Source: Acaryochloris marina S15
GTDB lineage: Bacteria > Cyanobacteriota > Cyanobacteriia > Thermosynechococcales > Thermosynechococcaceae
Direction: 5' to 3'
Assembly: GCF_018336915.1 (NCBI RefSeq)
Contig: NZ_CP064923.1
Coordinates: forward strand, 3,630,001-3,662,000
Length of the DNA stretch: 32,000 nucleotides
A program made the position numbers and the translations under genes. This document shows positions 15,360-25,408 of the stretch, piece by piece. Under the pieces are notes generated by a model that was not told the DNA's origin, made no database searches, and saw only the letters and a program-made list of their open reading frames with translations. Within the stretch, counting starts at the first letter, position 1. Each line of letters opens with the position of its first letter.

Positions 15360-18300
15360 CTAACTCAGCACAGATGATTGCGACAATACATAACGTTCTA
15401 AGGCGGCTTTTAGTTCTTCACTCCGAATTGGTTTACTCACATAATCTTGCATGCCAGCTTCTAAACACTTTTCTCGGTCTCCTTGCATGGCATTAGCTGT
15501 CAAAGCAATGATATGAGGCTGAGCTTCACGAGACCAAGTCTCTTGAATAGCTCGGGCTGCTGTCAGGCCATCCATTTCAGGCATTTGCAAATCCATCAAC
15601 ACCACATCGTAGGGTTGGCGATGGAGGGCTTCTAAAACTTCCTTGCCATTATTGGCCACATCCGCCTCGTATCCCAACTGCTTCAGAATAAGCAATGCAA
15701 CTTTTTGATTAACCACCACATCTTCGGCTAACAGAAGGCGCAAAGTTTTTGAGTTGGCAATGGGTTGAGGGTGATCAGGCTCAGAATTAGGCGTATTCTC
15801 AGATTGCTTCGTGACTGCTCGGACCAATATGGCACTTAACTGTGCTTCTTGAATGGGTTTATTCAAAATGGCATAAAAAAGACTTTTGTCCATCGGGGTT
15901 GAAATAGCCTCAACCCCCAGAGAACTAAGCATGATAAGGGGCAGGTCTTTATATTTTTGTAGAGCGTGGATCCTTCGAGCTAGGGTTAACCCATCCATCT
16001 CTGGCATTTGCATATCGACTACAGCCAGATCAAAGTTAGATCTTCCTCGCAGGAGTTCAAGGGCTGCTGGTCCACTGGGGGCTGCTTGGGAATGCATTCC
16101 CCAAATATCTGCAAATATTGTCAGAATTTTTCGATTCGTCAGATTGTCATCGACGATCAGGAGCCGTTGACCTTTCAGCGGTGCTAAATCATGAATCGGG
16201 GCACAGTCAAAAGTGTCGGCAACCGGAGCGGCAATCGTAAATGAGAAAGTGGAACCCGCCCCAATGCCACTATCCACCCATATCTTTCCACCCATCAACT
16301 CACAGAGTCGCTTACTAATGGCTAAGCCTAACCCCGTGCCGCCATATTTGCGGGTCGTGGAGGAATCGACTTGGCTAAAGGATTGAAACAACCGATTTAA
16401 CCGATCTTCTGGAATACCGATCCCTGTATCTTTCACCGCAAATTGGAACAATCGGTGAGGAGCCTGGCCCTCGCTATCAGAAAATGCCATATCCTGCGTC
16501 TCTGCAGTCACTTCTTTGACATAGACGACGACTTCGCCATTGTTCGTAAACTTCACTCCATTCGTAAGCAGATTAACCAGTACCTGGCGCAGACGGGTAA
16601 CGTCTCCGACAATACCGCAGGGCAAATCTGGATCAGCAATATAAGCAATTTCTAAGCCCTTCTTAAAGGCTCTTGGTGCGACTAATTTCAGCGCTTCTTC
16701 GATACAGGACTTGAGGTTAAAAGGTTGTTCTTCAACTTCGAGTTTCCCAGCTTCGATTTTAGAGAAATCAAGAATGTCGTTGATCAAGCATAGAAGCGCA
16801 TCCCCACTACTGCGGATAGTATCGACAAAATCCTGTTGTTGAGCATCCAGGGACGTATGGGTCAGTAACCCTGTCATCCCGATCACCGCATTCATAGGAG
16901 TTCTCAGTTCATGGCTCATATTGGCGAGGAATTCGCTTTTCACCTGGCTGGCTGCATCGGCACGGTCTTTGGCCGTTTGTAATTCTGAATTGACGCTGCG
17001 CAGATTGTCATCCGCCTGCTGGCGTGCCGTTACATCTTGATAAACTCCAAGAATGCCGATGATGGTTCCATCCGCCTGATGAAGAGGAACTTTAATCGTC
17101 TCCAGCCAAGTTTCTGCGCTGTGGCGTTTCAACAACGCGGTTTCAATCTCTCCAGTCGTCAAAATCCGCTGCTCGCTAGCTTGAAATGCTGCTAATTCTG
17201 CCGGAGCCCACGGTAGGTCAGCATCCGTTTTACCGATGACTTGCTCTGGTTGACTCAAGCCAACATAGGTTGCAAATTGTAGGTTGCAATCCAAGTAAAT
17301 ACCCTCACGATCCTTCCAGAATAGAAGCTGTGGGATCGTGTCAATCACTCGTCTTAATAACTGCTGGGAAGTTTGGAGGTCTTCATTCATCTGCATGAGA
17401 TGGGCTTCAGCTAGCTTGCGAGGGGTAATATCCTGCAAGAACAGGGACAGCCCGTCTACACTAGGGAAAATGCGGACTTCTAACCAAATTTGGCGATTGG
17501 CGTAAAAGACTTCAAAGGACTGACTGATTTGGTCTTGTAACGCGGTCTTGTAGTTGTCCTGATGGTCAAGCCCTAATTCCTGGGGGTAAGTCTGCCAGAA
17601 ATCTTGTTGGATGCCATCCTGTAGAACTGGCCCAAAGAGTTCAGCTGCCTTCTCATTGATATAGACGACTTGCCAATTTGGACTCAGGGTAATAAAAGCA
17701 TCCGTGATGCTGCTCAAAATGCCAGATATACGTTGTTGGGATTGCTGCTGCTCTTGAATAAGCGCCCATTGCCGTCGAATGACAAGATAGGCAGTGCCGC
17801 CCAAAATCACCAACAGACAGCCGAAACTAATCAGTCGAAAGGCATTCGCTGTCTGACTGGCACTCTGATGTTGTTTTGTATAAAGGGTTTCTAGTTGATT
17901 GATAGCTTCTGTAGCAGGTTGTTGAAGAATCGCTTGGGTTAGCTGATCGACCTTCGGTTTGTACTCCAGAATAATTCGGGTATGGGCAATGGCTAATAAC
18001 AGGCCATCTTTATTGGCTTCAGTTTGACTCAATGCTTCTAATTGAGTCATTTGCTGGTTGATTTGTGGAACCAGCGCTTCGTTGGCAGACAAGCTATACA
18101 AGAGCACGTTATCCAACATATCTTGGAGTCTTGCCGTACTGCTTTTCGTTAATCCCTTGGTCCGGTCTCCTTGGCGAACCTCTTTAACGAGTTCTGGTAA
18201 GTAGGTTAAAGAATTTTTGACTACCGCATTGGTGGATTTAAAAGACTCCACCAATTCTTCTTTCTGGCGAAAAATTTTAGTGTTAGTTTGCAACTGTTGA

Positions 18301-18590
18301 TTGAGGGCTGACGGATCACCAATAAAGCCAGGAATCTGCTCTAACTGGTTTTGTATTGCCCCTTGCTCAGAAATAGCTTGCACCAGTGGATCATAGGAAG
18401 GAAGTAAGGCATAACGGGACTTGAGAACGCCTTGATTTAATGCAGCATCTTTAATTAACTGTTGAGTAATTAAGGCGTGATAACGCTGATGAGTTTCGGA
18501 ATCTACGGATAAGCTTTTAAATATTGATCCAGTGAATAGCAAGAGGAGGGTAGAGGCCCCCAGGTATTTGAAGAACTTCCTCTGTTTCAT
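15360..18590 (-). CDS. hybrid sensor histidine kinase: N-terminal helical extracytoplasmic sensor (DAHL-like) / TM / 2 PAS / HisKA-HATPase / 2 receiver domains
   Basis: 1076 aa. It has a signal-anchor, a long helical region, then a TM helix ([19 protein letters not shown]). The H-box is [14 protein letters not shown] and the ATPase G-boxes are DTGIGI and GGTGLGLAI. The two receiver domains are [21 protein letters not shown] and [21 protein letters not shown]. Confidence 0.93.
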   Translation of the reverse strand: MKQRKFFKYLGASTLLLLFTGSIFKSLSVDSETHQRYHALITQQLIKDAALNQGVLKSRYALLPSYDPLVQAISEQGAIQNQLEQIPGFIGDPSALNQQLQTNTKIFRQKEELVESFKSTNAVVKNSLTYLPELVKEVRQGDRTKGLTKSSTARLQDMLDNVLLYSLSANEALVPQINQQMTQLEALSQTEANKDGLLLAIAHTRIILEYKPKVDQLTQAILQQPATEAINQLETLYTKQHQSASQTANAFRLISFGCLLVILGGTAYLVIRRQWALIQEQQQSQQRISGILSSITDAFITLSPNWQVVYINEKAAELFGPVLQDGIQQDFWQTYPQELGLDHQDNYKTALQDQISQSFEVFYANRQIWLEVRIFPSVDGLSLFLQDITPRKLAEAHLMQMNEDLQTSQQLLRRVIDTIPQLLFWKDREGIYLDCNLQFATYVGLSQPEQVIGKTDADLPWAPAELAAFQASEQRILTTGEIETALLKRHSAETWLETIKVPLHQADGTIIGILGVYQDVTARQQADDNLRSVNSELQTAKDRADAASQVKSEFLANMSHELRTPMNAVIGMTGLLTHTSLDAQQQDFVDTIRSSGDALLCLINDILDFSKIEAGKLEVEEQPFNLKSCIEEALKLVAPRAFKKGLEIAYIADPDLPCGIVGDVTRLRQVLVNLLTNGVKFTNNGEVVVYVKEVTAETQDMAFSDSEGQAPHRLFQFAVKDTGIGIPEDRLNRLFQSFSQVDSSTTRKYGGTGLGLAISKRLCELMGGKIWVDSGIGAGSTFSFTIAAPVADTFDCAPIHDLAPLKGQRLLIVDDNLTNRKILTIFADIWGMHSQAAPSGPAALELLRGRSNFDLAVVDMQMPEMDGLTLARRIHALQKYKDLPLIMLSSLGVEAISTPMDKSLFYAILNKPIQEAQLSAILVRAVTKQSENTPNSEPDHPQPIANSKTLRLLLAEDVVVNQKVALLILKQLGYEADVANNGKEVLEALHRQPYDVVLMDLQMPEMDGLTAARAIQETWSREAQPHIIALTANAMQGDREKCLEAGMQDYVSKPIRSEELKAALERYVLSQSSVLS

Positions 18591-19075
18591 CAGCTAGACT
18601 CCTTCCACTCACTGCGGGTTAGAAAAGAACGGATCGTAAGATCCCTTTTGGTTGGATTGATTGGGTGGTCAAGCAGGGCTGTGACCAAGGTTGTGATGGC
18701 CAGGTCTATCATTTGGGCAGCCCGCTCATAAAGATAGAGGGCTGTTGAATTAGTCTTAGAGGCGGTTAAGGAGCAAGGGGGTCGACAGACTACAGCCACG
18801 AACCGATCTCGGATTCGTTCAGATAAATGATTTTGTGCCGCTAAAGAGGATACTTTTCGTTCCCAGAACAACATCTTGCCCAAAGGAGGATACTCGCTGT
18901 TCCCTAGCAATTGCCGAGGGATTATTTGAATAGGTTTATTGCTGTTATGGATGATTGGAGAACGCCATTGCCTGAAAATAATTTTCTTTGTTAGAGTCCC
19001 ATGCCATAACGTTCGAATCAAGGAAGAAAATGAGATAATCCCCAATAAATGAGGCCTTTTTATGATTTGGTCCAT
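18590..19075 (-). CDS. hypothetical protein, 161 aa, stop overlaps the kinase start (TGATG)
   Basis: It is the only long ORF in this interval. Its TGA stop shares nt 18590 with the kinase ATG. I recognise no domain, and the protein is basic and Ile/Leu/Ser/Arg-rich. Confidence 0.45.
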   Translation of the reverse strand: MDQIIKRPHLLGIISFSSLIRTLWHGTLTKKIIFRQWRSPIIHNSNKPIQIIPRQLLGNSEYPPLGKMLFWERKVSSLAAQNHLSERIRDRFVAVVCRPPCSLTASKTNSTALYLYERAAQMIDLAITTLVTALLDHPINPTKRDLTIRSFLTRSEWKESS

Positions 19076-19985
19076 CTTCTATCCCCCTAGCCCTAGAATA
19101 AAACTGATAGCTAGATTCAGCTTTTTAGCTCTTGAAAATTAAATATCAACCGATCTTTATAGGCTTGAATGCTTAATTATTAGTTTGCCCAAACGTTTAT
19201 TCTCACTAGCAAATAGTTGGGATCAATATCTAAGTCAATGGATGAAGAGTTACAACTCAATCTACTGATATATAGGTAAATTTTGCTGATTTCCTAGTTT
19301 CTGGGCGAATATAAATATTTAGTGGAAGATATTAAATCTATCTTGACTTACTCTGTTTTGAGTACAAGATTTGGCAAATCGATTCTTGGCATATTGCTAT
19401 TCTTTTAGCTTCTGCCTCACTGGAACAAGCCAATCCAAAGCATCTCCAACTGAGATTTTCGAATATCGACATCGCAAAGCTGATGACAACATCAGCGTGA
19501 GCCAAGAGATAAAGGTGTCAGCAGTGGATGTCAGAAAATAGGGATGGGTACTCTAGTACTCTGTTTGCTTCACTAATTTCTCTAGCTGAGAATTAACTTA
19601 AGAAGCGTAAACATTAGTTCGACTACGACTCATCTGATGGAGGGTGAGCTTCCCCCTACCGATCATTAGGTGAATAAATGAAATACTGAAGAGCTGATCC
19701 TTCAAAATGAGTCATGGTAACAGGAAGCTGACTTTATTCAGGAATTTAAGGCTGGTATTGATGAAATCAAATATAAAGACATCATAAAGGTTTTGACTTA
19801 AGAAACTATAGATAAGTTAATATTATTGTCATAATAAGCATGACAAATTCCTATACAAGGAAAATGTCCCGAAAGAAAGGTGTCCTTTCTGATAAAAATC
19901 GCTGGCCAGCTTATAAATCTCTGTTTCAATTCTTTATTTAACCAGCCTTTGGATCAAAGATCCAAAGGCTGCCTGGGCATTTCTT

Positions 19986-20237
19986 ATGATTAAAACGCTT
20001 GAGCCTCAGAAAACAAAATCCACGTTCTGCAGTTACTCTAACCCATCACCTAGAGTTCAAGTCGTGCGGATCACCAACGTTGAAAACTGGTATTTTGAGC
20101 GGGTGGTTTTTCCCAAGCAGACCCTAGTGTTTGATGCGCCACGAGCCGCACATCTCGAGATCCATAGCAGCGAAATCGCTACGGCTATCCAAGTAGACTG
20201 TATTCCCTGTAGGCGGCTGGCTGTTAAAGCAGCTTAG
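19986..20237 (+). CDS. DUF1830-like small protein (cyanobacterial conserved hypothetical)
   Basis: 83 aa. The pattern CSYSNPS..VRITNVENWYFERVVFPKQTLVFDAPRAAHLEIH resembles DUF1830 as I recall it. Confidence 0.6.
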   Translation: MIKTLEPQKTKSTFCSYSNPSPRVQVVRITNVENWYFERVVFPKQTLVFDAPRAAHLEIHSSEIATAIQVDCIPCRRLAVKAA

Positions 20238-20255
20238 AGTTTCTGAGGAATACTA

Positions 20256-20513
20256 ATGAGCTGTATCGAACTGCTTTCAGGTTATTTGTGCCATCAGTTT
20301 CCATGGTGGAAGGGTTGCCGGATGCGCTATGAACCTGCGCAGAAAACGGTCTATGTTTACTGTCATCATCCACAGGATCCAGAGAATCTATTATCAGCTG
20401 GTGACGCCATTGCCCGACTAGATATTGGAGTTGAGCGGTTTATCATTACGATGCCCACGGTTATGGATGTGGTGATTGAGTGTCAGCCGAACCAATACAA
20501 AGAGAGTCAGTAG
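20256..20513 (+). CDS. hypothetical small Cys/His-containing protein, 85 aa
   Basis: ATG preceded by GAGGA about 9 nt upstream. It lies 18 nt after the DUF1830 stop on the same strand, so co-transcription is likely. Confidence 0.55.
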   Translation: MSCIELLSGYLCHQFPWWKGCRMRYEPAQKTVYVYCHHPQDPENLLSAGDAIARLDIGVERFIITMPTVMDVVIECQPNQYKESQ

Positions 20514-20961
20514 GCACTAGACACAACATTTTTGTGGAAATTTTTGGGTCAAAATATTGACGATAGAGGCTTGTTTGAATTGCTCTGAAGCAGTTATCGA
20601 AGGGTAGGTCTAGTTCAACCAAAAGGCTCAATGGCCCCAAATTTGTAGGCAATTCAAAAAATACGATAGTCTTCCAACTACATCACGAAATATTGCTCAA
20701 GCGTCAATGGCAAAATTGGGGCCATTTTCATGCTGCTGGAGTTACTACCATAGTGTCAGCAGCACCATATTCTTGAATGGCTGTTCCTTTTACAACCATC
20801 TATTGTGAAGGGTTAAATCCGAGTTTTCATCATTTCGGTAGAGTACAGCAGAACTCAACGAATGAGATTGGAATTAAGTCTTTTCGATTGGTTAATGCTC
20901 TCTAATTTATGCCTATCCAAGAAAGGCAAGCATAGGCAGAGCAAGGCAATGTTGGATGAAA

Positions 20962-21690
20962 TTAAGGGCAGTCAAATAAAACGGTTGTCATATAACGGTC
21001 TGCCCACTCATCGCCGAATGCCTTTTCCAAAATCCGTCGAGTTTTGTCATTTTGTTGTTGTTGCTGGCAGTACCGTCGTTGTCCAGCTATGAGTCGATCA
21101 ATCTCCGATTCAGGCACAGGTTGAGTTGTTATGGCTTGCTGACAATGCCAACTTAAATAGGCTGAGACTCGATCTAAAAATTGAGTTTCTTCCTGGGATG
21201 TTCGTGGCCGGATAAACAGGCAGAACTCAGAAAAAATAGTTCCCCATTCGGGTAGTTGTCGAGGCTCTGAAAACTTTAAATCGGGTAAACCCTGGAGATG
21301 TTTGTGGTATGACGGCGATAACTTTCCATTAACTGTAGGGGACAGATCGGCAATGGCAGCACTAATGCCACTCCGTCCACCGACCAAATCGGTGCCAAAC
21401 ATAGGCAAGGCATACTGCGGTTCGGGAAACATGACGCAGTGCAAGATATCTAAGCCCGTGCCCACCTGGGCTAACTCCAAATGGAGTTTGCGAAACGGTG
21501 GAGCCTGGTAACAAATATTTTCTATGACTAGGAACTCGCCTTCTAGGCGTCCTTCAACATGCCCGAATTCCGAGGGAAGGGGATAGTCTGATAACTCTAA
21601 ATAGTCGGTCCAAATTGCTTCAATCCGATTGGCCCATTCTTGAATGAGTGGGTGCTGCTGCTGACGTAAAGACATAGATACAAAATTCAC
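20962..21690 (-). CDS. pcyA: phycocyanobilin:ferredoxin oxidoreductase
   Basis: 242 aa, colinear with Synechocystis PcyA as I recall it. Shared motifs: GYVEGRLEGE..LVIEN.CYQ.P.FRK.HLELA.VG.GLDILHCVMFPEP, SAAIADLSP, EIFSE(Y/F)CLFIRP, YCQQQQ.NDKTRR.LEKAFG..WA.RYM..VLFD. Confidence 0.93.
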   Translation of the reverse strand: MNFVSMSLRQQQHPLIQEWANRIEAIWTDYLELSDYPLPSEFGHVEGRLEGEFLVIENICYQAPPFRKLHLELAQVGTGLDILHCVMFPEPQYALPMFGTDLVGGRSGISAAIADLSPTVNGKLSPSYHKHLQGLPDLKFSEPRQLPEWGTIFSEFCLFIRPRTSQEETQFLDRVSAYLSWHCQQAITTQPVPESEIDRLIAGQRRYCQQQQQNDKTRRILEKAFGDEWADRYMTTVLFDCP

Positions 21691-21740
21691 TACCAGTTGG
21701 TAGTAGAGTAAAAAAAACGGGCTGAAAATAAGGGTTTATC

Positions 21741-22928
21741 ATGCCACTCAAGCCGTCTGAAATCCTACAAGCTTTAGACAAAAAACAGACTGAGTTCCAG
21801 GATTTTCACCAAACAACCCTCAAAGTATTAGAGAAATATCGTAAAGCATTAAGTAAGGTTGCCCAACAGCCTGATGCTGAAATCACACAAGGGTTAATGG
21901 ATCACCACAATCCAGGAGGGCGCCCATTAGAGGCATTAGGGAATAGCCCCAACTGGATCATTCCTTCTAAGCTTAAGTGGTCTAGCCGAGAGCAAAGCCT
22001 GGAATGGGTACGGGAGCGACTAATGGGGATTACCACCTTTGCGGTGGATGGATCTCAAGTCTATCCCAGCAAAGACATTTCGATTCCGATTGGCATGGTG
22101 CAAGTGGGCTGGTTTGAGAATCCCCATTTGCCTTTGGGTAGCTATGACAAGGATGTGCGCTTGGAGGTTTTGTCCCCAGAGGATCTCAAGCCACAGGATC
22201 GGAGTACTCCGATGGATCGACTGGTTAACATGCATCGGTTTCGCATGGAAATCCAGCGCATGATCGAATTTATGGAGAGTCATACTAATCGTTCGGATTG
22301 TTTAGTCTTTCTGGATGGCTCCCTAGTGGCTACGTTTGCAGAAAAGTTTGATGCAGAATGCCGAAGATTTTATGTTCAGCAATTAGTAGAGCTATTGCAG
22401 GCCAGTGAAAAGTTTCGAGTGCCCTTAGTGGCCTACATCGATACGTCTCGAGCCCGAGATTTAGTTCAGCTTTTGCATTGCTTAAAGAAACTACCGGAAG
22501 CCCCGTCCCTTAATGATGCGGCTTTGTTGGGAGTGAATATGAACTGGGGCGATCGCACGCCGATCTTTAGATGCGATCGCAAAGGTGAAACCAGTCATCA
22601 AGGCATCCTCCAAGATTATGGAGACCAAGCAGAATCCGTAGCCTTCACTTACTTAAAAACCCATGAAGGCCCCCCTGCCCGTATTGAAATGCCCACCTGG
22701 ATTTATGAGGCAGGATTACATTCTACGGTTTTAGATTTTGTCCGAGGGGAAGTGATTATTGGAGGGGGGTATCCCTACGTGATTGAAACAGCCGATCGCG
22801 TGGCTGTACTCCAAGCGGAAGATCGCCAAATCTTTTTCCGTCTCCTGCAAGAATGGGCGGAGAAAGAAGAGATCAACCTCCGGTTCTCTCGGAAAATGAT
22901 TAGTAAAGTTCTGCGTCGAGGAAATTAA
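21741..22928 (+). CDS. NurA-like nuclease domain protein (stand-alone)
   Basis: 395 aa. Two motif contexts typical of NurA 5'-3' nucleases are present: TTFAVDGSQVYPS and CLVFLDGSLVATF. The assignment is by motif recall only. Confidence 0.55.
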   Translation: MPLKPSEILQALDKKQTEFQDFHQTTLKVLEKYRKALSKVAQQPDAEITQGLMDHHNPGGRPLEALGNSPNWIIPSKLKWSSREQSLEWVRERLMGITTFAVDGSQVYPSKDISIPIGMVQVGWFENPHLPLGSYDKDVRLEVLSPEDLKPQDRSTPMDRLVNMHRFRMEIQRMIEFMESHTNRSDCLVFLDGSLVATFAEKFDAECRRFYVQQLVELLQASEKFRVPLVAYIDTSRARDLVQLLHCLKKLPEAPSLNDAALLGVNMNWGDRTPIFRCDRKGETSHQGILQDYGDQAESVAFTYLKTHEGPPARIEMPTWIYEAGLHSTVLDFVRGEVIIGGGYPYVIETADRVAVLQAEDRQIFFRLLQEWAEKEEINLRFSRKMISKVLRRGN

Positions 22929-22968
22929 AGAAAAGCTGACTTTAAAAATTTTTCCTAGAATATTCTGT

Positions 22969-23424
22969 TTATTTCCTAGGTTGTTGACGAATTGGTAGTC
23001 GACTATCTAAGTCAATATCATGCTTAAGACAAAATCCACGAATGTTTTGGCAAGCATCAATAGCCCAACTTGTCCTATCTCTAGCATACTCAGCACCACA
23101 ATTTGATACTCCATGGACCAAGCGATGTCTCAGTTTGAATGCTTTATGTAAACCATCCCAATTGCTTACTACTTCTGTTAGCCGTTGCCCACGTTTCGGA
23201 AATACCTCTTCTTGCCAAATCTTTTTGTAAGCTTTGTGGCCATGACATGATTTCAGCTGTGTTCTGATATTTACATTTGGAGAAGTTCCAAGAGCAATAA
23301 CTGCTCGACGAACAGTCCACTCAAAATGGATCACTGCAAGTAATGTAGACAAAGATGGATCTTCAATAAAAAATTGCTGAATTCGTTTTTCTCTAGACAG
23401 ACTAGAATCTTTGACTAGAAACAT
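22969..23424 (-). CDS. orphan hypothetical protein, 151 aa, with HEPN-like Rx4H motif
   Basis: An AT-rich ORF convergent with the NurA-like gene. It appears predominantly helical and contains AFKLRHRLVHGV (R-x4-H). I recognise no other motif. Confidence 0.45.
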   Translation of the reverse strand: MFLVKDSSLSREKRIQQFFIEDPSLSTLLAVIHFEWTVRRAVIALGTSPNVNIRTQLKSCHGHKAYKKIWQEEVFPKRGQRLTEVVSNWDGLHKAFKLRHRLVHGVSNCGAEYARDRTSWAIDACQNIRGFCLKHDIDLDSRLPIRQQPRK

Positions 23425-23604
23425 GGTTATTTGATGAGATCTCTACAAACAGAAGGAGTGCCTCATAACTGACTAGCAATGCAGTGTATTAGCCCTCAAT
23501 AATACTCTGCCCATTTTGAAACTCAATATTGATAACTAAAATCCTGAATATTGACAGGGGCACAGGATTGCGGTTGATTGAAGTGGATGTGAAGGGTAGA
23601 GTCC

Positions 23605-25347
23605 ATGAAGCGCTTTTTGGGATTAGCAGTTCTTGCTGGGAGCTTAAGTTTGGTTTATCCCCATGCCGCTTTTGCAGGAGACGCCTTAGGCGTGGTCTAC
23701 CCTGCTGATGGACATGAAACCACTGCAGCTCAGATTTTTCTGATTGGCACTGCCCCAGCCAAAGGTGATGTGACAGTAAATGGTAAGGCGATCGATCGCA
23801 GCCCGACTGGAAACTTTGCCCCCAGCTTTCCCCTAGAGATTGGTGAGAATACCTTTACACTTCAGTATGGTGACCAAACTCAAACCCTCAAAATCACCCG
23901 CACGGCAGTTTCTCCCTCATCCACTGCAGGCTTGTCAGAAGACTCCCTGAAGCCCAATACAAAGATTGCTAAACTCCCGAATGAACCCGTTTGCTTTAGC
24001 ACTATTGCCAAACCCAATGCTCAGCTCTCGGTCAAAATTGGTCCACAAACAATTCCCCTGCAATCTCAAGAAAAGTCCGTCAATTTACCCCCCAATTCGG
24101 CCGCACTAACTCAACAAAATCAACCGCAAACGGCGGAGAAGCCAGGCATTTACAAAGGGTGTACCACCTTTTCTCAACCTGGCGTTTTGGGTAAACCCGT
24201 GTTTCAGCTGACCAAAGATGGACAAACCATCCAGCGGACAGGGACCAGTACGATTGAAATTCTTTCCCCTCAAAATTTTTCCGTTATTGAGGTCACAAGT
24301 GACCAAGGAGTGTCGCGCACGGGACCGAGCACGAATTACTCTCGGTTAACGCCCTTACCGAAAGGGACGCAAGCCCGCATCACCGGACGGGAGGGGGAAT
24401 GGTTGCGGTTGGACTATGGTGCTTGGATCAAAGAGAAAGAAACTCGTCCTCTATCCCAGAATATTCTGCCCCATTCTATTATTCGCAGTCTTCGCAGTCG
24501 CCAAACGCCTGGGTGGACTGAAGTGGTATTTCCATTGCAAAATCCGGTACCGATTAGTGTGACTCAGGGTGATCAAACCTTTACCCTGACCCTTCATAAC
24601 ACCACGGCCCAAACGGATGTCATTTTTATGAATGATGACCCAGTGATTCGACGGTTAGATTGGCAGCAGCCTGCACCAGGCCGCGTGGAGTATAAATTTA
24701 ACCTGAAGCCAAAACAACAGTGGGGCTATAAGCTACGTTACGAAGGCACCAGCTTAATTTTGTCCCTCCGGCATCCTCCTAAAAGCAAGGGACTTGCCAA
24801 TGTAAAAGTGCTGTTAGATCCAGGACATGGCAGCGAGCATGATCTAGGTGCGCGAGGCCCCACGGGTTTACCCGAGAAAGAAGTCACCATTGTCGTCAGT
24901 AAACTACTCCAGGAAGAATTAAAGAAGCGGGGGGCAACCGTTGTGATGACTCGCGAAGGGGATGATGACCTCTATCCCCAGGATCGGGTGGATGTCATTA
25001 ATAAAACGGAACCGACCATTGCCATTAGTGTTCATTACAATGCGTTGCCTGACAGTGGCGATGCGGTCAACACGGCAGGGATTGGGGCCTTCTGGTACCA
25101 TGCCCAAAGCCATGATTTGGCAGTCTTTTTACATCATTACCTAGTCGATGATTTGAAGCGTCCTGACTATGGTATTTTTTGGGATAATTTGGCGTTGACT
25201 CGACCAACGGTAGCGCCGACGGTATTGATGGAATTGGGATTTATGATTAATCCGACGGAGTTCGAGTGGATTACGGATCCAAAGGCTCAGAAGCAGTTGG
25301 CGGTTAGTATGGCAGATGCGATCGCAGCATGGTTCTCAAAACAATAA
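23605..25347 (+). CDS. N-acetylmuramoyl-L-alanine amidase (Amidase_3) with long N-terminal extension and signal peptide
   Basis: 580 aa. The signal peptide is MKRFLGLAVLAGSLSLVYPHAAFA. The C-terminal domain has VLLDPGHGS..GARGPTGL.EKEV, ISVHYNA and MELGFMINPTEF. Confidence 0.9.
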   Translation: MKRFLGLAVLAGSLSLVYPHAAFAGDALGVVYPADGHETTAAQIFLIGTAPAKGDVTVNGKAIDRSPTGNFAPSFPLEIGENTFTLQYGDQTQTLKITRTAVSPSSTAGLSEDSLKPNTKIAKLPNEPVCFSTIAKPNAQLSVKIGPQTIPLQSQEKSVNLPPNSAALTQQNQPQTAEKPGIYKGCTTFSQPGVLGKPVFQLTKDGQTIQRTGTSTIEILSPQNFSVIEVTSDQGVSRTGPSTNYSRLTPLPKGTQARITGREGEWLRLDYGAWIKEKETRPLSQNILPHSIIRSLRSRQTPGWTEVVFPLQNPVPISVTQGDQTFTLTLHNTTAQTDVIFMNDDPVIRRLDWQQPAPGRVEYKFNLKPKQQWGYKLRYEGTSLILSLRHPPKSKGLANVKVLLDPGHGSEHDLGARGPTGLPEKEVTIVVSKLLQEELKKRGATVVMTREGDDDLYPQDRVDVINKTEPTIAISVHYNALPDSGDAVNTAGIGAFWYHAQSHDLAVFLHHYLVDDLKRPDYGIFWDNLALTRPTVAPTVLMELGFMINPTEFEWITDPKAQKQLAVSMADAIAAWFSKQ

Positions 25348-25364
25348 GGCTAATCTTTGAAGCT

Positions 25365-25392
25365 ACTCTTCAGCTCACCCAACCTGAAGAGT
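25365..25392. terminator. stem-loop ACTCTTCAG-N10-CTGAAGAGT between the convergent amidase and cyAbrB genes
   Basis: 9-bp perfect stem read directly. There is no U-run on either side. Confidence 0.3.
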
Positions 25393-25408
25393 ACAACGAA
25401 TTCCCTAA

